Below, piece by piece: positions 8,899 through 18,468 of a stretch of DNA of 59,455 bases. Origin of the DNA: Acidimicrobiales bacterium (lineage in GTDB: Bacteria > Actinomycetota > Acidimicrobiia > Acidimicrobiales > SZUA-35); the NCBI GenBank assembly GCA_041576015.1, contig JBFGLT010000002.1, positions 1 through 59,455 of the forward strand, read 5' to 3'. The notes below the pieces were generated by a model. The model had not been told where the DNA came from. It saw only the letters and a list, made by a program, of their open reading frames with translations, and did no database searches. Each line of letters starts with the position of its first letter. The first letter of the stretch is position 1. Both the position numbers and the translations under genes were made by a program.

Positions 8899-10035
8899 TC
8901 AACTGCGCACGGCCCGGCAGATCTCCTCCAGTCCGGCGTGGAGACGCCCGGCGAGGAGGTCGTAGTCGAACGCGGCGATCGCCCGGTCGCGTGCGGCCCG
9001 GCCCATCTCCCGGCGACGGTGGGGGTCGGCGAGCAGGGGTCCGATGGCTCCAGCCACGTGGCGAACCGACCGGGGATGCTCGACGATCACGCCGGTCCGG
9101 CCGTCGACCACCGCCTCCTGGGCTCCGCCGCTGCGCCCGGCGACCTGCGGGATGCCGGCGGCGGCCGCTTCGAGGAACACGATTCCGAACCCCTCCTGTT
9201 CGAGGCCCCACCAGCGCTCGTGACACAGCATGGCCATCAGGTCCGAGGCCCCGTAGAGCAACGGGATGTCGCCGTCTGGGAGCCGCCCGAGCAGCTCGGC
9301 GGGCGCCTCGAGCTCCTCGATGAGGGTTGCGATGCGATCCTCGTGGCGACCGCGCCCGCCGATGAGCACCCGCAGGTCGGGGTGGTCCCGCTTCAGCACG
9401 ACCGACGCTCGGACGAGCACGTCCAGGCCCTTACGGGGAACGAGGCGGTTGACCGACGAGATGACGAGAGCATCGGGATCGATCCCGAAGTGCCGTCGGG
9501 CCTCGATCCGGGCTCGAGGTTCCAGGGGGTGGAACCGGTCGGTGTCCACCCCGGGGGGAACGACGATGGAGCGAAGCGGCTGCCCGGCGCAGCGCTCGGC
9601 CTCGACGAGCGCGTACTCGCCGGCCGACACGACGACGTCGGCGCTGCGCAGGACCCGACCGAGAACGGACCGGGTCAGCGGGATCCGTCCGGGGATGGTC
9701 ACCTCGGCACCGTGCAGGATGACGCCATAGGGATGGTCGAGGAAGGGCCCGATGGCGCCGAGCGGCACGGCCGGATCGAGCAGCACCAGATCGGCATCGA
9801 GGCGCTCGGCCAGCTGGTCGATTCGCCGGGGCAGCCACGGATACGGGATGAGCACCGGCTCGGGCGACCGTTCGATCCAATACTCCTGCTCGGAGTCGAA
9901 CTGGGCAGCGCCGTCGTAGGGCGTGCAGTAGACGGCGGTGGACTCGGGTGGGAGTCGGCGCCACAACTCCCAAAGGTAGTTCTGGATGCCGCCGACCTTG
10001 GGCGGATAATCGTTCGTGACCAGGAGGTGCCTCAT
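8899..10035 (-). CDS. GT-B fold glycosyltransferase, family 4 (PimB/mannosyltransferase-like)
   Basis: Last 378 aa of track ORF 8899..10647, starting MRHLLVTNDYPPKVGGIQNYLWEL. Contains EQEGFGIVFLEAAAAGIPQVAGRSGGAQEAVVDGRTG (E-x7-E region). The start overlaps the queG stop by 4 nt. Confidence 0.85.
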   Translation of the reverse strand: MRHLLVTNDYPPKVGGIQNYLWELWRRLPPESTAVYCTPYDGAAQFDSEQEYWIERSPEPVLIPYPWLPRRIDQLAERLDADLVLLDPAVPLGAIGPFLDHPYGVILHGAEVTIPGRIPLTRSVLGRVLRSADVVVSAGEYALVEAERCAGQPLRSIVVPPGVDTDRFHPLEPRARIEARRHFGIDPDALVISSVNRLVPRKGLDVLVRASVVLKRDHPDLRVLIGGRGRHEDRIATLIEELEAPAELLGRLPDGDIPLLYGASDLMAMLCHERWWGLEQEGFGIVFLEAAAAGIPQVAGRSGGAQEAVVDGRTGVIVEHPRSVRHVAGAIGPLLADPHRRREMGRAARDRAIAAFDYDLLAGRLHAGLEEICRAVRS

Positions 10036-11102
10036 GGCGGGGACGTGGCCAGGTGCGCGGCCCGGCGGTCGAGGCGATCCATCGCCCATCGGGCGTGTTC
10101 GGCCAGGACCGGGTCCGGATCGCCGACATAGCGGGCGAGGATCGCCCGGCTGGTGCGATCGGCCGGGTCGGCGGTGTTGCCCAGGACGATGAGCGCGGTG
10201 CGGCGGAGAACGTCGGGGTCCCGGTTGGCGAGGTAGAACCGACCGAGCCGGTCGAGCAGTTCGGCGTCGCCGGCTCGCAGGAGCCAGTGGAGATCGACGC
10301 TCGGCTCCGAGCCCGGGTCCGCCACCGGCCCATCGTCGAATCGGGCCGGCGGACACACGTCCTGGCAGTCGTCGCAGCCGTACAATCGATCCCCCAGCGC
10401 TTCGCGGAACTCGAGCGGGATCGGATCGGGCCCCTGGACCAGCCATGCGAGACACCGCCGGGCGTCGACGACGCCCGGTGCGACGATCGCGCCGGTCGGG
10501 CAGCCATCGAAGCAGCGCCTGCAGGTACCGCATCCGTCGGCGATCGGGACCGGGTTGGGGACGAGCGGCGCGTCGGTCACGATGGCGCCGAGCACAACCC
10601 AGCTCCCGATTCCGGGAACGAGGAGGTTGGCGTTCTTGCCGTACCACCCGAGACCGGCGCGCCAGGCGACGTTTCGGTCGACGAGGGCGTTGTCGTCTGC
10701 CTTGACGACCGTGCGATAGCCGGCGGCCCGCAACACCTCGCCGGTCTGCTCGAGCGCAGCTCGGAGGTCCGCATAGTGATCGTGCCAGGCATACCGGGCG
10801 ATCCGCCCCCGCGGTGGGCCCGTCCGGGCCGGGTCCAGTCCCCGCCGGCGGTAGTCCCAGGCGCCGGCGACCATGGAACGGGCCGACCCGAGGCTGGAGA
10901 CGACCGGGTCGGTGCTGCGTTCGGGATTTCGGTAGGTGAACTGCATCGAGGCGGACAGTCCGGCCGTGCTGCGCAAGGGAAGGACCGACCGCGCCGGCTC
11001 GAGCGGTGCAGCGGTCGTGATGCCGACCGCTGCCAACCCCGCCGACCGACCGGCCCGGAGGACTGCGTCGGTCAGTTCGGCGTCCACCGGTTCCTGGCTC
11101 AC
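10032..11102 (-). CDS. queG: tRNA epoxyqueuosine(34) reductase
   Basis: 356 aa. Contains GLGWYGKNANLLVPGIGSWVVLG and two ferredoxin-type clusters (CGTCRRCFDGCPTGA, LYGCDDCQDVCPP). 4-nt overlaps on both sides. Confidence 0.85.
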   Translation of the reverse strand: MSQEPVDAELTDAVLRAGRSAGLAAVGITTAAPLEPARSVLPLRSTAGLSASMQFTYRNPERSTDPVVSSLGSARSMVAGAWDYRRRGLDPARTGPPRGRIARYAWHDHYADLRAALEQTGEVLRAAGYRTVVKADDNALVDRNVAWRAGLGWYGKNANLLVPGIGSWVVLGAIVTDAPLVPNPVPIADGCGTCRRCFDGCPTGAIVAPGVVDARRCLAWLVQGPDPIPLEFREALGDRLYGCDDCQDVCPPARFDDGPVADPGSEPSVDLHWLLRAGDAELLDRLGRFYLANRDPDVLRRTALIVLGNTADPADRTSRAILARYVGDPDPVLAEHARWAMDRLDRRAAHLATSPP

Positions 11103-12262
11103 CGGAGGTCGAAGCAGATCTTGACCGCGCCCCTCCGCCCGGCGTTCACGGCATGGTCGAGAGCGTCGGCGAAGTCCTCGAGCCGGTAGGTCTGGGTCAC
11201 GAGACGCTCAAGCTCTGCGGACTCCGCCAGTTCTGTGGCGAGGTCGAAGGTGCGAACGATCGACCCGTCGGACCGTGTCTCGGTGCCATAGGTGTACGCA
11301 CCGACCAGCTCGGTCTCCCGATGCCACAACGCAGTCAAGTGCAGCTGAGGCGATCCGGGCATCCCGACGAGGACCACCCTGCCCCGGGGCCGCGTCATGC
11401 CGATCGCCTGGTTGATCGACGAGGCCGACCCGACGGCGTCGATCGTGACGTCGACTCCACCACTGAGGTCGGACCCGACGGAGAAGCTGCCGGTGGTTCG
11501 GCGTACCGCCCGTCCGAGTTCGTCGGGCTGTACGACCGTCGTTGCGCCGAGCTCACCGGCCAGGTCCCGCTGTTCTGGGTACTTGGCCGCCGCGATGATC
11601 TGGCCCGCTTCGGTGAACGCCCGTAGTGCGGCGATCGTGACCAGGCCCATCGTCCCGGCACCGATCACGGCGACCGAGTCGCCCGGGCGCACCTGGGCCC
11701 GCATTGCGCCGTGCACACCGACGGCGGCCGGCTCGATCATCACCGCCGCCTCGTCGCTCAGTCGGTCGGGCACGGCGTGGAGCTGGGAGCTGTGAGCGAC
11801 GAACTCGGTCGACCAGCCGCCGCCGGTCGAGGCACAGTAGCCGGTCTGGATCCCGGGCTCGAGATGACCGCCGACGATGTGCCGGTAGTCGTTTCCGTCG
11901 CCGGGTGCAGCTCCCTCGAACGGCGGGCTGAACCCTCGGGCCTCGTGTCCGAGCACCGGTTCGACGACCACCCGCCGCCCGGAATCATCGACACCGACGA
12001 CCTCGTGACCCAGCACGAACGGGAAGGACACCCACGGCTCGAAGTAGCGAGCCGAGCGTCCCTCGACCGTCGCCAGATCGCTGCCGCAGATCCCGGTGAT
12101 CAGGGTCCGTACCCGATGCCACCCGTCGGCGGGAAGGGGCAGGGGCCTCCGCTCCACCAACTGCAACGGGGACCGGCGAGCTGCGCTCCCGGGGCGGATT
12201 CGCGAGGCCACGGCCGCCGCCGCATAGCGAGCCTCGGACCGGGAGAACTCCAGCGCCTTCAC
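11099..12262 (-). CDS. Zinc-type medium-chain dehydrogenase/reductase (alcohol/threonine dehydrogenase-like)
   Basis: 387 aa. Contains ITGICGSDL...GHEVVG (catalytic Zn region) and the Rossmann motif VIGAGTMGL. First gene of a minus-strand run with short gaps or overlaps from 12262 down to 6659. Confidence 0.8.
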   Translation of the reverse strand: MKALEFSRSEARYAAAAVASRIRPGSAARRSPLQLVERRPLPLPADGWHRVRTLITGICGSDLATVEGRSARYFEPWVSFPFVLGHEVVGVDDSGRRVVVEPVLGHEARGFSPPFEGAAPGDGNDYRHIVGGHLEPGIQTGYCASTGGGWSTEFVAHSSQLHAVPDRLSDEAAVMIEPAAVGVHGAMRAQVRPGDSVAVIGAGTMGLVTIAALRAFTEAGQIIAAAKYPEQRDLAGELGATTVVQPDELGRAVRRTTGSFSVGSDLSGGVDVTIDAVGSASSINQAIGMTRPRGRVVLVGMPGSPQLHLTALWHRETELVGAYTYGTETRSDGSIVRTFDLATELAESAELERLVTQTYRLEDFADALDHAVNAGRRGAVKICFDLR

Positions 12263-12320
12263 CGGCGCGAGCCTAACAGGGGCCGAGCGAGTCCCGAGGC
12301 GAGCAATGCGCCGGCCGGCC

Positions 12321-12326
12321 TACACT
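12321..12326 (+). promoter_or_regulatory. -10-like hexamer TACACT placed for a leaderless mftA transcript
   Basis: It matches the TANNNT pattern and ends 6 nt before the mftA ATG (12333). No SD is visible. This spacing is the usual actinobacterial leaderless arrangement. Confidence 0.3.
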
Positions 12327-12332
12327 CGGCCC

Positions 12333-12467
12333 ATGGAGACAGTGACCGACGACGGCACCACCCACGAGCTGGCGACCGGAGAACCGGTGGACGAGACGGA
12401 AAACTTCGTAGAAGAAGAACTGCTGGTCGAGGAGATCTCCATCGACGGCATGTGCGGTGTCTACTGA
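12333..12467 (+). CDS. mftA: Mycofactocin precursor peptide
   Basis: Too short for the ORF track; found by reading the sequence. It encodes METVTDDGTTHELATGEPVDETENFVEEELLVEEISIDGMCGVY (44 aa). The C-terminal IDGMCGVY is the canonical MftA signature, and the gene sits directly upstream of mftB/mftC. Confidence 0.85.
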   Translation: METVTDDGTTHELATGEPVDETENFVEEELLVEEISIDGMCGVY

Positions 12468-12759
12468 AGGGCCGACCGACGCACCTGCGGCCGGTGAGTT
12501 CGACACGAGCCGGCGGTGGCGACTGCACCGGCGGGTTGCGCTGCGTCCCGAGCCGTTCGGCGCGATGGCCTACCACTACGACAACCGGCGGCTGAACTTC
12601 ATCCGGTCTCCGGAACTGGTGCAGCTCGTGGAACGACTGAGCGAGTTCGAGACCGCCGATGCAGCACTCGCCGGCCTCGCCCCGACGCGCCGTTCCATTT
12701 TCGCCCGAGCCCTCGGCCGGCTGGCCGCCGGCGACTTCCTCGAACCGGACAGCCAGTGA
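12457..12759 (+). CDS. mftB: Mycofactocin biosynthesis chaperone (PqqD/RRE-type peptide-binding protein)
   Basis: 100 aa. WRLHRRVALRPEPFGAMAYHYDNRRLNFIRSPELVQLVERL is the typical MftB pattern. GTG start overlaps the mftA end by 11 nt, and the stop overlaps the mftC GTG. Confidence 0.8.
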   Translation: MSTEGPTDAPAAGEFDTSRRWRLHRRVALRPEPFGAMAYHYDNRRLNFIRSPELVQLVERLSEFETADAALAGLAPTRRSIFARALGRLAAGDFLEPDSQ

Positions 12760-13874
12760 CCCTCATCGACGACCTGAAGGGCGGACTCGGCGCGCCGATC
12801 TGCTTGACCTGGGAACTCACCTACGCCTGCAATCTGGCCTGCACCCACTGCCTCAGCTCGTCAGGCCGCCGCGATCCCGACGAGCTGACGACCGCAGAGG
12901 CGATCGCCGTCATCGACGAGATGCGCGACATGCAGGTCTTCTACGTGAATCTGGGCGGTGGGGAACCAACTCTGCGGCCCGACTTCTTCGAGTTGGTCGA
13001 GTACGCGACGAGCAGCGGGGTCGGTGTCAAGTTCAGCACCAACGGCAGCCGGATCGGCCCCACCGTGGCAACCAGGTTGGCAGCGATGGACTATCTCGAC
13101 GTCCAGATCTCCCTCGACGGCACCGACGCCGCCACGAACGACAGCGTGCGAGGGTCGGGCTCCTTCGACGACGCCACCGCGGCCATGGAACACCTCGCCA
13201 CGGCTGGCTTCGAACGGTTCAAGATCAGCGTCGTCGTCACCCGTCACAACGTCAGCCAGCTCGACGACTTCCGCTCACTCGCCGATCGGTTCGGTGCCCA
13301 GTTGAGGCTCACCCGGCTGCGACCATCTGGACGTGGTGTCGATTCCTGGCCTGACCTCCACCCCACCCAGGACCAGCAGCGCACGCTGTATCGCTGGCTG
13401 CTCGACCATCCCGACACTCTGACCGGGGACTCGTTCTTCCACCTGAACGCCCTCGGTCCTGAGCGGCTGCCGGGACTGAACCTGTGCGGAGCGGGCCGGG
13501 TCGTGTGCCTCATCGACCCGGTCGGCGACGTGTATGCGTGCCCGTTCGTGCTCCACGAGGCGTTCAAGGCCGGCAACATCCGCCAGCCAGGCGGCTTCGG
13601 AACTATCTGGCGGACGAGCGAGCTCTTCCTCGACCTGCGCCGGCCCGACACCGAGGGGGCCTGCACCGCCTGCGGTCACTACGACGCCTGCCAGGGCGGC
13701 TGCATGGCCGCCAAGTTCTTCACCGGGATCCCGCTCGACCAGCCCGATCCCGAATGCGTCAGCGGACACGGCTCCGCCCTCCTCGCCGGTGTCGAGCCCG
13801 GATCGGTGCCGACGAGCACCAGCGACCACTCGAGACCCGGAGCCGTGCCCGTGCTCCTCAGCGCCCGGCGCTGA
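12756..13874 (+). CDS. mftC: Mycofactocin radical SAM maturase (radical SAM/SPASM)
   Basis: In frame with track ORF 12516..13874, starting at GTG 12756 (VTLIDDLKGGLGAPICLTWELTYACNLACTHCLSS). CxxxCxxC radical SAM motif plus a SPASM Cys cluster (CGAG...CPF...CTACGHYDACQGGCMA). Confidence 0.9.
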   Translation: MTLIDDLKGGLGAPICLTWELTYACNLACTHCLSSSGRRDPDELTTAEAIAVIDEMRDMQVFYVNLGGGEPTLRPDFFELVEYATSSGVGVKFSTNGSRIGPTVATRLAAMDYLDVQISLDGTDAATNDSVRGSGSFDDATAAMEHLATAGFERFKISVVVTRHNVSQLDDFRSLADRFGAQLRLTRLRPSGRGVDSWPDLHPTQDQQRTLYRWLLDHPDTLTGDSFFHLNALGPERLPGLNLCGAGRVVCLIDPVGDVYACPFVLHEAFKAGNIRQPGGFGTIWRTSELFLDLRRPDTEGACTACGHYDACQGGCMAAKFFTGIPLDQPDPECVSGHGSALLAGVEPGSVPTSTSDHSRPGAVPVLLSARR

Positions 13875-13938
13875 CCCCGGGGGTGGGAGGACCTACCCAA
13901 TCGCTCAACCGATTGCTCGCCGCCGCCGAAACGGGGCC

Positions 13939-14364
13939 ATGGATCGCTTCGACCAACGCCGACGGAGCCAGGTGGCCCTCGCCGCGCTTGCGGTGCTCGC
14001 CGTCGCCCTGGGCGGGCTGTTCGTGCCGCTGGTGACATCGGCGAGCGGTCTGACGACTCTGGACCGGGTCGTCACCGCCACCTTGGACGTCGGGCTGGTG
14101 GGGTTCGCCATCCTGCTGGCGAGGAACAGCCCCCTGACGATCGTCCACTGGCTGATCGGCTTCGCCGGTGCGCTCGCCCACATCCTGCCCGTGCCGACGG
14201 CGATCGGACCAGTCGTGGTGGCCACGTGGGACGGCGGCGGACCGGCGGTCACCTACGTCGAATCGGTGGTCGGTCTGGTCGTGGCGCTCGGCTGCCTGGC
14301 CGGGTTGTCCATCCACCGGCATCGACACATCGAAGATCCGACGACGCCTCCGACCATCGCCTGA
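13939..14364 (+). CDS. Small integral membrane protein (about 4 TM helices), function unknown
   Basis: Residue 136 onward of track ORF 13534..14364: MDRFDQRRRSQVALAALAVLAVALGGLFVPLV..., hydrophobic throughout. The upstream part of the ORF overlaps mftC out of frame. Confidence 0.55.
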   Translation: MDRFDQRRRSQVALAALAVLAVALGGLFVPLVTSASGLTTLDRVVTATLDVGLVGFAILLARNSPLTIVHWLIGFAGALAHILPVPTAIGPVVVATWDGGGPAVTYVESVVGLVVALGCLAGLSIHRHRHIEDPTTPPTIA

Positions 14365-14409
14365 ACCCGGGGCCCCGGCTGCGAGGCGTTTCCTATCGGG
14401 CGCAATACC

Positions 14410-15411
14410 GTGTCGGCGGTGGACTCGATGATCTCGGTACGGGGAGTCTCGGTGCACTTCGGGTCCCTCCGAGCCGTGGACGGCGTCGACTTGGAGATCC
14501 CTCGCAACGAGGTTCGGGGTCTGCTCGGCCCGAACGGAGCCGGCAAGACGACGCTGGTCCGGGTGATCGCCACCCTTCTCAAACCCACGGCGGGGACGGT
14601 CAGCGTCGGCGGGTTCTCAATCGATCGTCAGCCGAGGCAGGTTCGCACCATGATCGGGTTGGCCGGCCAGTACGCCGCCGTCGATGATCTGCTCACCGGC
14701 CGCGAGAACCTCGAGATCGTCGGCAGTCTCTACCAGCTCCCCCGGGCCGAGGCCCGACGGCGCGCCGATGAAGCCCTCGAGCGACTGTCGCTGACCGACG
14801 CCGCCGATCGACTGGTTCGCACCTACTCGGGGGGCATGCGTCGCCGGCTCGATCTCGGCGCCAGCCTGGTCGGCCGACCCGAGGTCTTGATCCTCGACGA
14901 GCCCACCACCGGGCTCGACCCGCGCACGCGACTCGATCTCTGGGCGGTCCTCCGGGATTTGGTCCGGGAAGGTGCCACCGTGCTGTTGACCACCCAGTAC
15001 CTGGAGGAGGCCGACGAGCTCGCCGACCGCATCACCGTGATCGACCACGGGCGGATCATCGCCGATGGCACCGCCGACGAGCTCAAGGCGCGAGTCGGCG
15101 GAGATCTGGTGATGGCCTCGCCGGCCCGGCGCGCCGATCTCCCCCGGGTCGGGGAAATCCTGGAACGGGTCGGCTCAGGGTCGGTCCGGATCGATGAGAC
15201 GCAACTGACGGTGGCCGTCCCGGTCGACTCCCGGGTCGACGCGCTCGTCCGCGCCGCGCAAGCCCTCGACGAGGCGGCGATCGAGCTTTCCGACCTCGGC
15301 GTCCAGCGCCCCTCGCTCGACGACGTGTTCCTGGCCATCACCGGCACCATCGGCACCTCCGACGATCCATCCGGCAGCGACCGGCCCCGCCGCCGCAGAG
15401 GGCGGCGATGA
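14410..15411 (+). CDS. ABC transporter ATP-binding protein (DrrA-like, ABC-2 exporter type)
   Basis: Walker A GPNGAGKTT, signature YSGGMRRRL, Walker B LILDEPTTGLD. Alternative start at M7 (14428). Confidence 0.9.
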   Translation: MSAVDSMISVRGVSVHFGSLRAVDGVDLEIPRNEVRGLLGPNGAGKTTLVRVIATLLKPTAGTVSVGGFSIDRQPRQVRTMIGLAGQYAAVDDLLTGRENLEIVGSLYQLPRAEARRRADEALERLSLTDAADRLVRTYSGGMRRRLDLGASLVGRPEVLILDEPTTGLDPRTRLDLWAVLRDLVREGATVLLTTQYLEEADELADRITVIDHGRIIADGTADELKARVGGDLVMASPARRADLPRVGEILERVGSGSVRIDETQLTVAVPVDSRVDALVRAAQALDEAAIELSDLGVQRPSLDDVFLAITGTIGTSDDPSGSDRPRRRRGRR

Positions 15412-16226
15412 CCGGCACGACGGTCGACCGGACCGACGTTGCCTCTCTCGGGCCGGCCCATCGCAGCAGCGCCGGCGGGTTGGTGAACGACACGGTCGCC
15501 ATGACCCGCCGCAACCTGTTGCGGTTGTCGCGTACCCCGCAAGTGATCGTGTTCGCCACGATCCAGCCGGTGATCTTCGTGCTGTTGTTCAACTTCGTCT
15601 TCGGCGGGTCGATCGACTTCGCCCCCGGAGTCGACTACATCGACTTCCTGATCCCCGGGATCCTGGTGCAGACATCCCTGTTCTCGTCGGGCAACACCGC
15701 CATCGGCCTCACCGACGACCTCCAGAAGGGCGCCATCGACCGGTTCCGCTCGCTGCCGATGCATCACATCGCCGTGCTGATCGGTCGCACCAACGCCGAT
15801 GCACTCCGGGCCGCGTTGACCATGACGATCATCTGCCTGGTCGGTTTCGTCGTCGGGTTCCGGACCGATCACTACGGCGGGCTGGTGATGGGCGTCGGCC
15901 TGGCCATCCTGTTCGCCTATGCCTTCAACTGGGTGTTCGCCGCATTCGCTCTCTACGTGCGAGACCCCGAGGCTGCCCAGGCCGGTGCCTTCCTTCCCGT
16001 GTTCCCCCTCGTCTTCGCCGCCTCGACGTTCGCGCCGGTAGAAAACATGCCCGGCTGGCTCCAACCCTTCGCCGACAACCAGCCGGTCACGGTGACCGTC
16101 GACGCAATCCGTGCCCTCACCCAGGGAGATCCGGCCGGGTCAAGGGTCCTCGAGTCCCTCGCCTACTCGCTCGCCATCTTGGCCCTCGCCATCCCGGTCG
16201 CAGCTCGCAAGTTCCGCCGTTCCTGA
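15408..16226 (+). CDS. ABC-2 type transporter permease (DrrB-like)
   Basis: 272 aa, six hydrophobic segments. 4-nt overlap with the ATPase gene. Confidence 0.85.
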   Translation: MTGTTVDRTDVASLGPAHRSSAGGLVNDTVAMTRRNLLRLSRTPQVIVFATIQPVIFVLLFNFVFGGSIDFAPGVDYIDFLIPGILVQTSLFSSGNTAIGLTDDLQKGAIDRFRSLPMHHIAVLIGRTNADALRAALTMTIICLVGFVVGFRTDHYGGLVMGVGLAILFAYAFNWVFAAFALYVRDPEAAQAGAFLPVFPLVFAASTFAPVENMPGWLQPFADNQPVTVTVDAIRALTQGDPAGSRVLESLAYSLAILALAIPVAARKFRRS

Positions 16227-16247
16227 ACCGACCGACCGGCGGGACTG

Positions 16248-16418
16248 TTAGGCCTGCGCCGCGGCGACGAGGAATCCGGCGCCGAAGGTCGCCGCCAGCA
16301 GGCTGAACAGAATTGCCAGCTTGACCACACGCTTGGCGAAGAAGAGCACCGCCAAGCCGACGAGCGCAATTGTGGTGAGGCCGTACTGGGCGATGTTGTC
16401 CTGGATCCATTCGATCAC
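16248..16418 (-). CDS. Possible small two-TM membrane protein
   Basis: C-terminal part of track ORF 16248..16523, from GTG 16418 ([57 protein letters not shown]). Start uncertain and no clear SD. Confidence 0.3.
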   Translation of the reverse strand: MIEWIQDNIAQYGLTTIALVGLAVLFFAKRVVKLAILFSLLAATFGAGFLVAAAQA

Positions 16419-16507
16419 AAGGTTCGATACTACGAAATGACCGCCATGGAGTGGTGGCGCGCCGATCCCAAGTGTCGCCGGCTCAGATTTTCGGCTACAC
16501 CGAGCCC

Positions 16508-16978
16508 ATGACGACGCGACCATTTCGGGTGCTGGGAGTCCAGCAGATCGCCATCGGAGGACCGGACAAGACAGCGCTGTCGGCCCTGTGGACGGGGCTG
16601 TTCGGCGTCGACAAGGTCAGCGACTACCGGTCGGACTCCGAAAACGTCGACGAGGACGTGCTTCGGTTGGGTTCGGGTCCTCACGCCGTGGAGATCGATC
16701 TGATGCAGCCGCTCGACCCCGATCGTTCACCCAAGGTCCACGTACCCCCGCTGAATCACCTCGGGTTGTGGGTTGACGATCTTCGGGCGGCGGTGGCGTG
16801 GCTCACCGACCAGGGCGTTCGGTTCACCCCGGGAGGGATCCGTCGTGGCGCTTCTGGACACGACGTGTGCTTCATTCACCCAAAACCGAACGATTCGTTT
16901 CCGCACAGCGGCGAAGGCGTCCTCATCGAGTTGGTTCAGGCACCACCGTCGGTGGTGGAGGCGCTCGGTTCAAGATGA
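16508..16978 (+). CDS. VOC (glyoxalase/bleomycin resistance/dioxygenase) family protein, methylmalonyl-CoA epimerase-like
   Basis: Track ORF 16451..16978 trimmed to ATG 16508 ([17 protein letters not shown]...[11 protein letters not shown]...VLIELVQ), a typical paired beta-alpha-beta-beta-beta pattern. Confidence 0.75.
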   Translation: MTTRPFRVLGVQQIAIGGPDKTALSALWTGLFGVDKVSDYRSDSENVDEDVLRLGSGPHAVEIDLMQPLDPDRSPKVHVPPLNHLGLWVDDLRAAVAWLTDQGVRFTPGGIRRGASGHDVCFIHPKPNDSFPHSGEGVLIELVQAPPSVVEALGSR

Positions 16979-17108
16979 ACATGATCGCCTCACGGGATAC
17001 ATTCGGAGGCAACGAACCAAACGAGTGCGTCACCAGGCACAACGGAGTGCTCCTCGCCCCGCCCGGGGGTTTCAATGGTTACGCGCCGAGACAACGAGGA
17101 GCCCCGAC

Positions 17109-18380
17109 GTGACCGAGTCCGTCACCATTACCGACAACCGCACCGGCGAGACCGCCGAAATCCCGATCGTCGACGGCGGGATCAGCGCCAAGGAGTTCGC
17201 CAAACTGCTGCCGGGCGTGTGGTTCTTCGACCCGGCTTTCGGTGCCACGGCCAGTACCGCATCGGCGGTCACGGACCTCGACGGAGCCAACGGAGTTCTG
17301 CGCTACCGGGGCTATCCCATCGAGCAACTGGCCGAGCACTCGACGTTCCTGGAGGTCTGCTACCTGTTGCTCTTCGGCGAGCTTCCCACCAAGGACCAGA
17401 TGGACAACTGGGTGCACGACGTCACCTACCACACCTTCATTCACGAGAACATGCGGAAGCGGTTCATGGAGGGGTTCCATCACGACGCTCACCCGATGGG
17501 CATGCTCGTGTCGGCGATCGCCGCACTGAGCACCTTCTACCCCGAGGCCAAGGACATCCACGATCCACACATCCGCTACAAGCAGATCAACCGGCTGATC
17601 TCCAAGGTCCCGACGCTGGCGGCGATGGCCTACCGGGCCAGTGTCGGGATGCCCTTCGTCTACCCGGACAACGACCTGGACTATTCGGAGAACTTCCTCT
17701 CGATGATGTGGCGAGTGGCCGAGCCTCACTACAAGGCGAACCCCGTCCTCTCCCGGGCGCTGGACATCTTGTTCATCCTCCACGCCGACCACGAGCAGAA
17801 CTGCTCCACGACCACCATGCGGATCGTCGGTTCGAGCCATGCCGATCCCTATTCCGCTGCGGCGGCCGCCACTGCCGCGCTCTACGGCCCACGCCACGGT
17901 GGGGCAAACGAGGCGGTGATCCACATGCTCACCGACATCGGGTCCTACGAGAACATCGAACCCTTCATCAACGACGTCAAAGCCGGGCAAGGCCGGCTGA
18001 TGGGCTTCGGGCATCGGGTCTACAAGGCCTATGACCCCCGCGCCCGCATCGTCAAGGAGCAGGCCGATGCGGTGTTCGAGGTGACGGGGAGGAGCCCCCT
18101 GCTCGACATCGCCCTCAAACTGGAGGAGATCGCCCTCAACGACGATTACTTCAAGAGCCGCAACCTCTACCCGAACGTCGACTTCTACACGGGTCTCATC
18201 TATCAGGCGATGAACTTCCCGCTGGACATGTTCACCGTGCTGTTCACGATCGGCCGGATGCCCGGCTGGCTCAGCCACTGGCAGGAGATGCTCGAACAAG
18301 ATCAGCGAATCGCCCGCCCCCGCCAGCTCTACGTCGGCCCCGACGCCAGGGACTACGTCCCGCTCGACCAGCGGGGATAG
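17109..18380 (+). CDS. gltA: Citrate synthase (type II)
   Basis: Track ORF 16773..18380 trimmed to GTG 17109 behind AGGAG (VTESVTITDNRTGETAEIPIVDG...). Motifs LRYRGYPIEQL, LHADHEQNCSTTT and GFGHRVYKAYDPRA. Confidence 0.9.
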   Translation: MTESVTITDNRTGETAEIPIVDGGISAKEFAKLLPGVWFFDPAFGATASTASAVTDLDGANGVLRYRGYPIEQLAEHSTFLEVCYLLLFGELPTKDQMDNWVHDVTYHTFIHENMRKRFMEGFHHDAHPMGMLVSAIAALSTFYPEAKDIHDPHIRYKQINRLISKVPTLAAMAYRASVGMPFVYPDNDLDYSENFLSMMWRVAEPHYKANPVLSRALDILFILHADHEQNCSTTTMRIVGSSHADPYSAAAAATAALYGPRHGGANEAVIHMLTDIGSYENIEPFINDVKAGQGRLMGFGHRVYKAYDPRARIVKEQADAVFEVTGRSPLLDIALKLEEIALNDDYFKSRNLYPNVDFYTGLIYQAMNFPLDMFTVLFTIGRMPGWLSHWQEMLEQDQRIARPRQLYVGPDARDYVPLDQRG

Positions 18381-18468
18381 TCTCGCCAAGCGAGTCCCGC
18401 AACGCTGCGGGTCGCGCCAGCACCGGTAGCCAACTGCACCGTGAGCCGATTGCCGAGCGGAGCGGCAA

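Noticed and set aside
11099-12262. MDR dehydrogenase divergent from mftA as a mycofactocin-dependent enzyme
   Set aside because: Adjacency is suggestive, but the sequence does not resemble the NDMA-dependent ADH-type family known to co-occur with mycofactocin. The gene also heads an operon with queG and cell-envelope genes. The link is left as unproven context.
18396-18411. Small hairpin CCCGCA-ACGC-TGCGGG between the convergent gltA and pat-like genes as a bidirectional terminator
   Set aside because: It has only a 6-bp stem and no U-tract, so it is too weak to call without transcript-end data.
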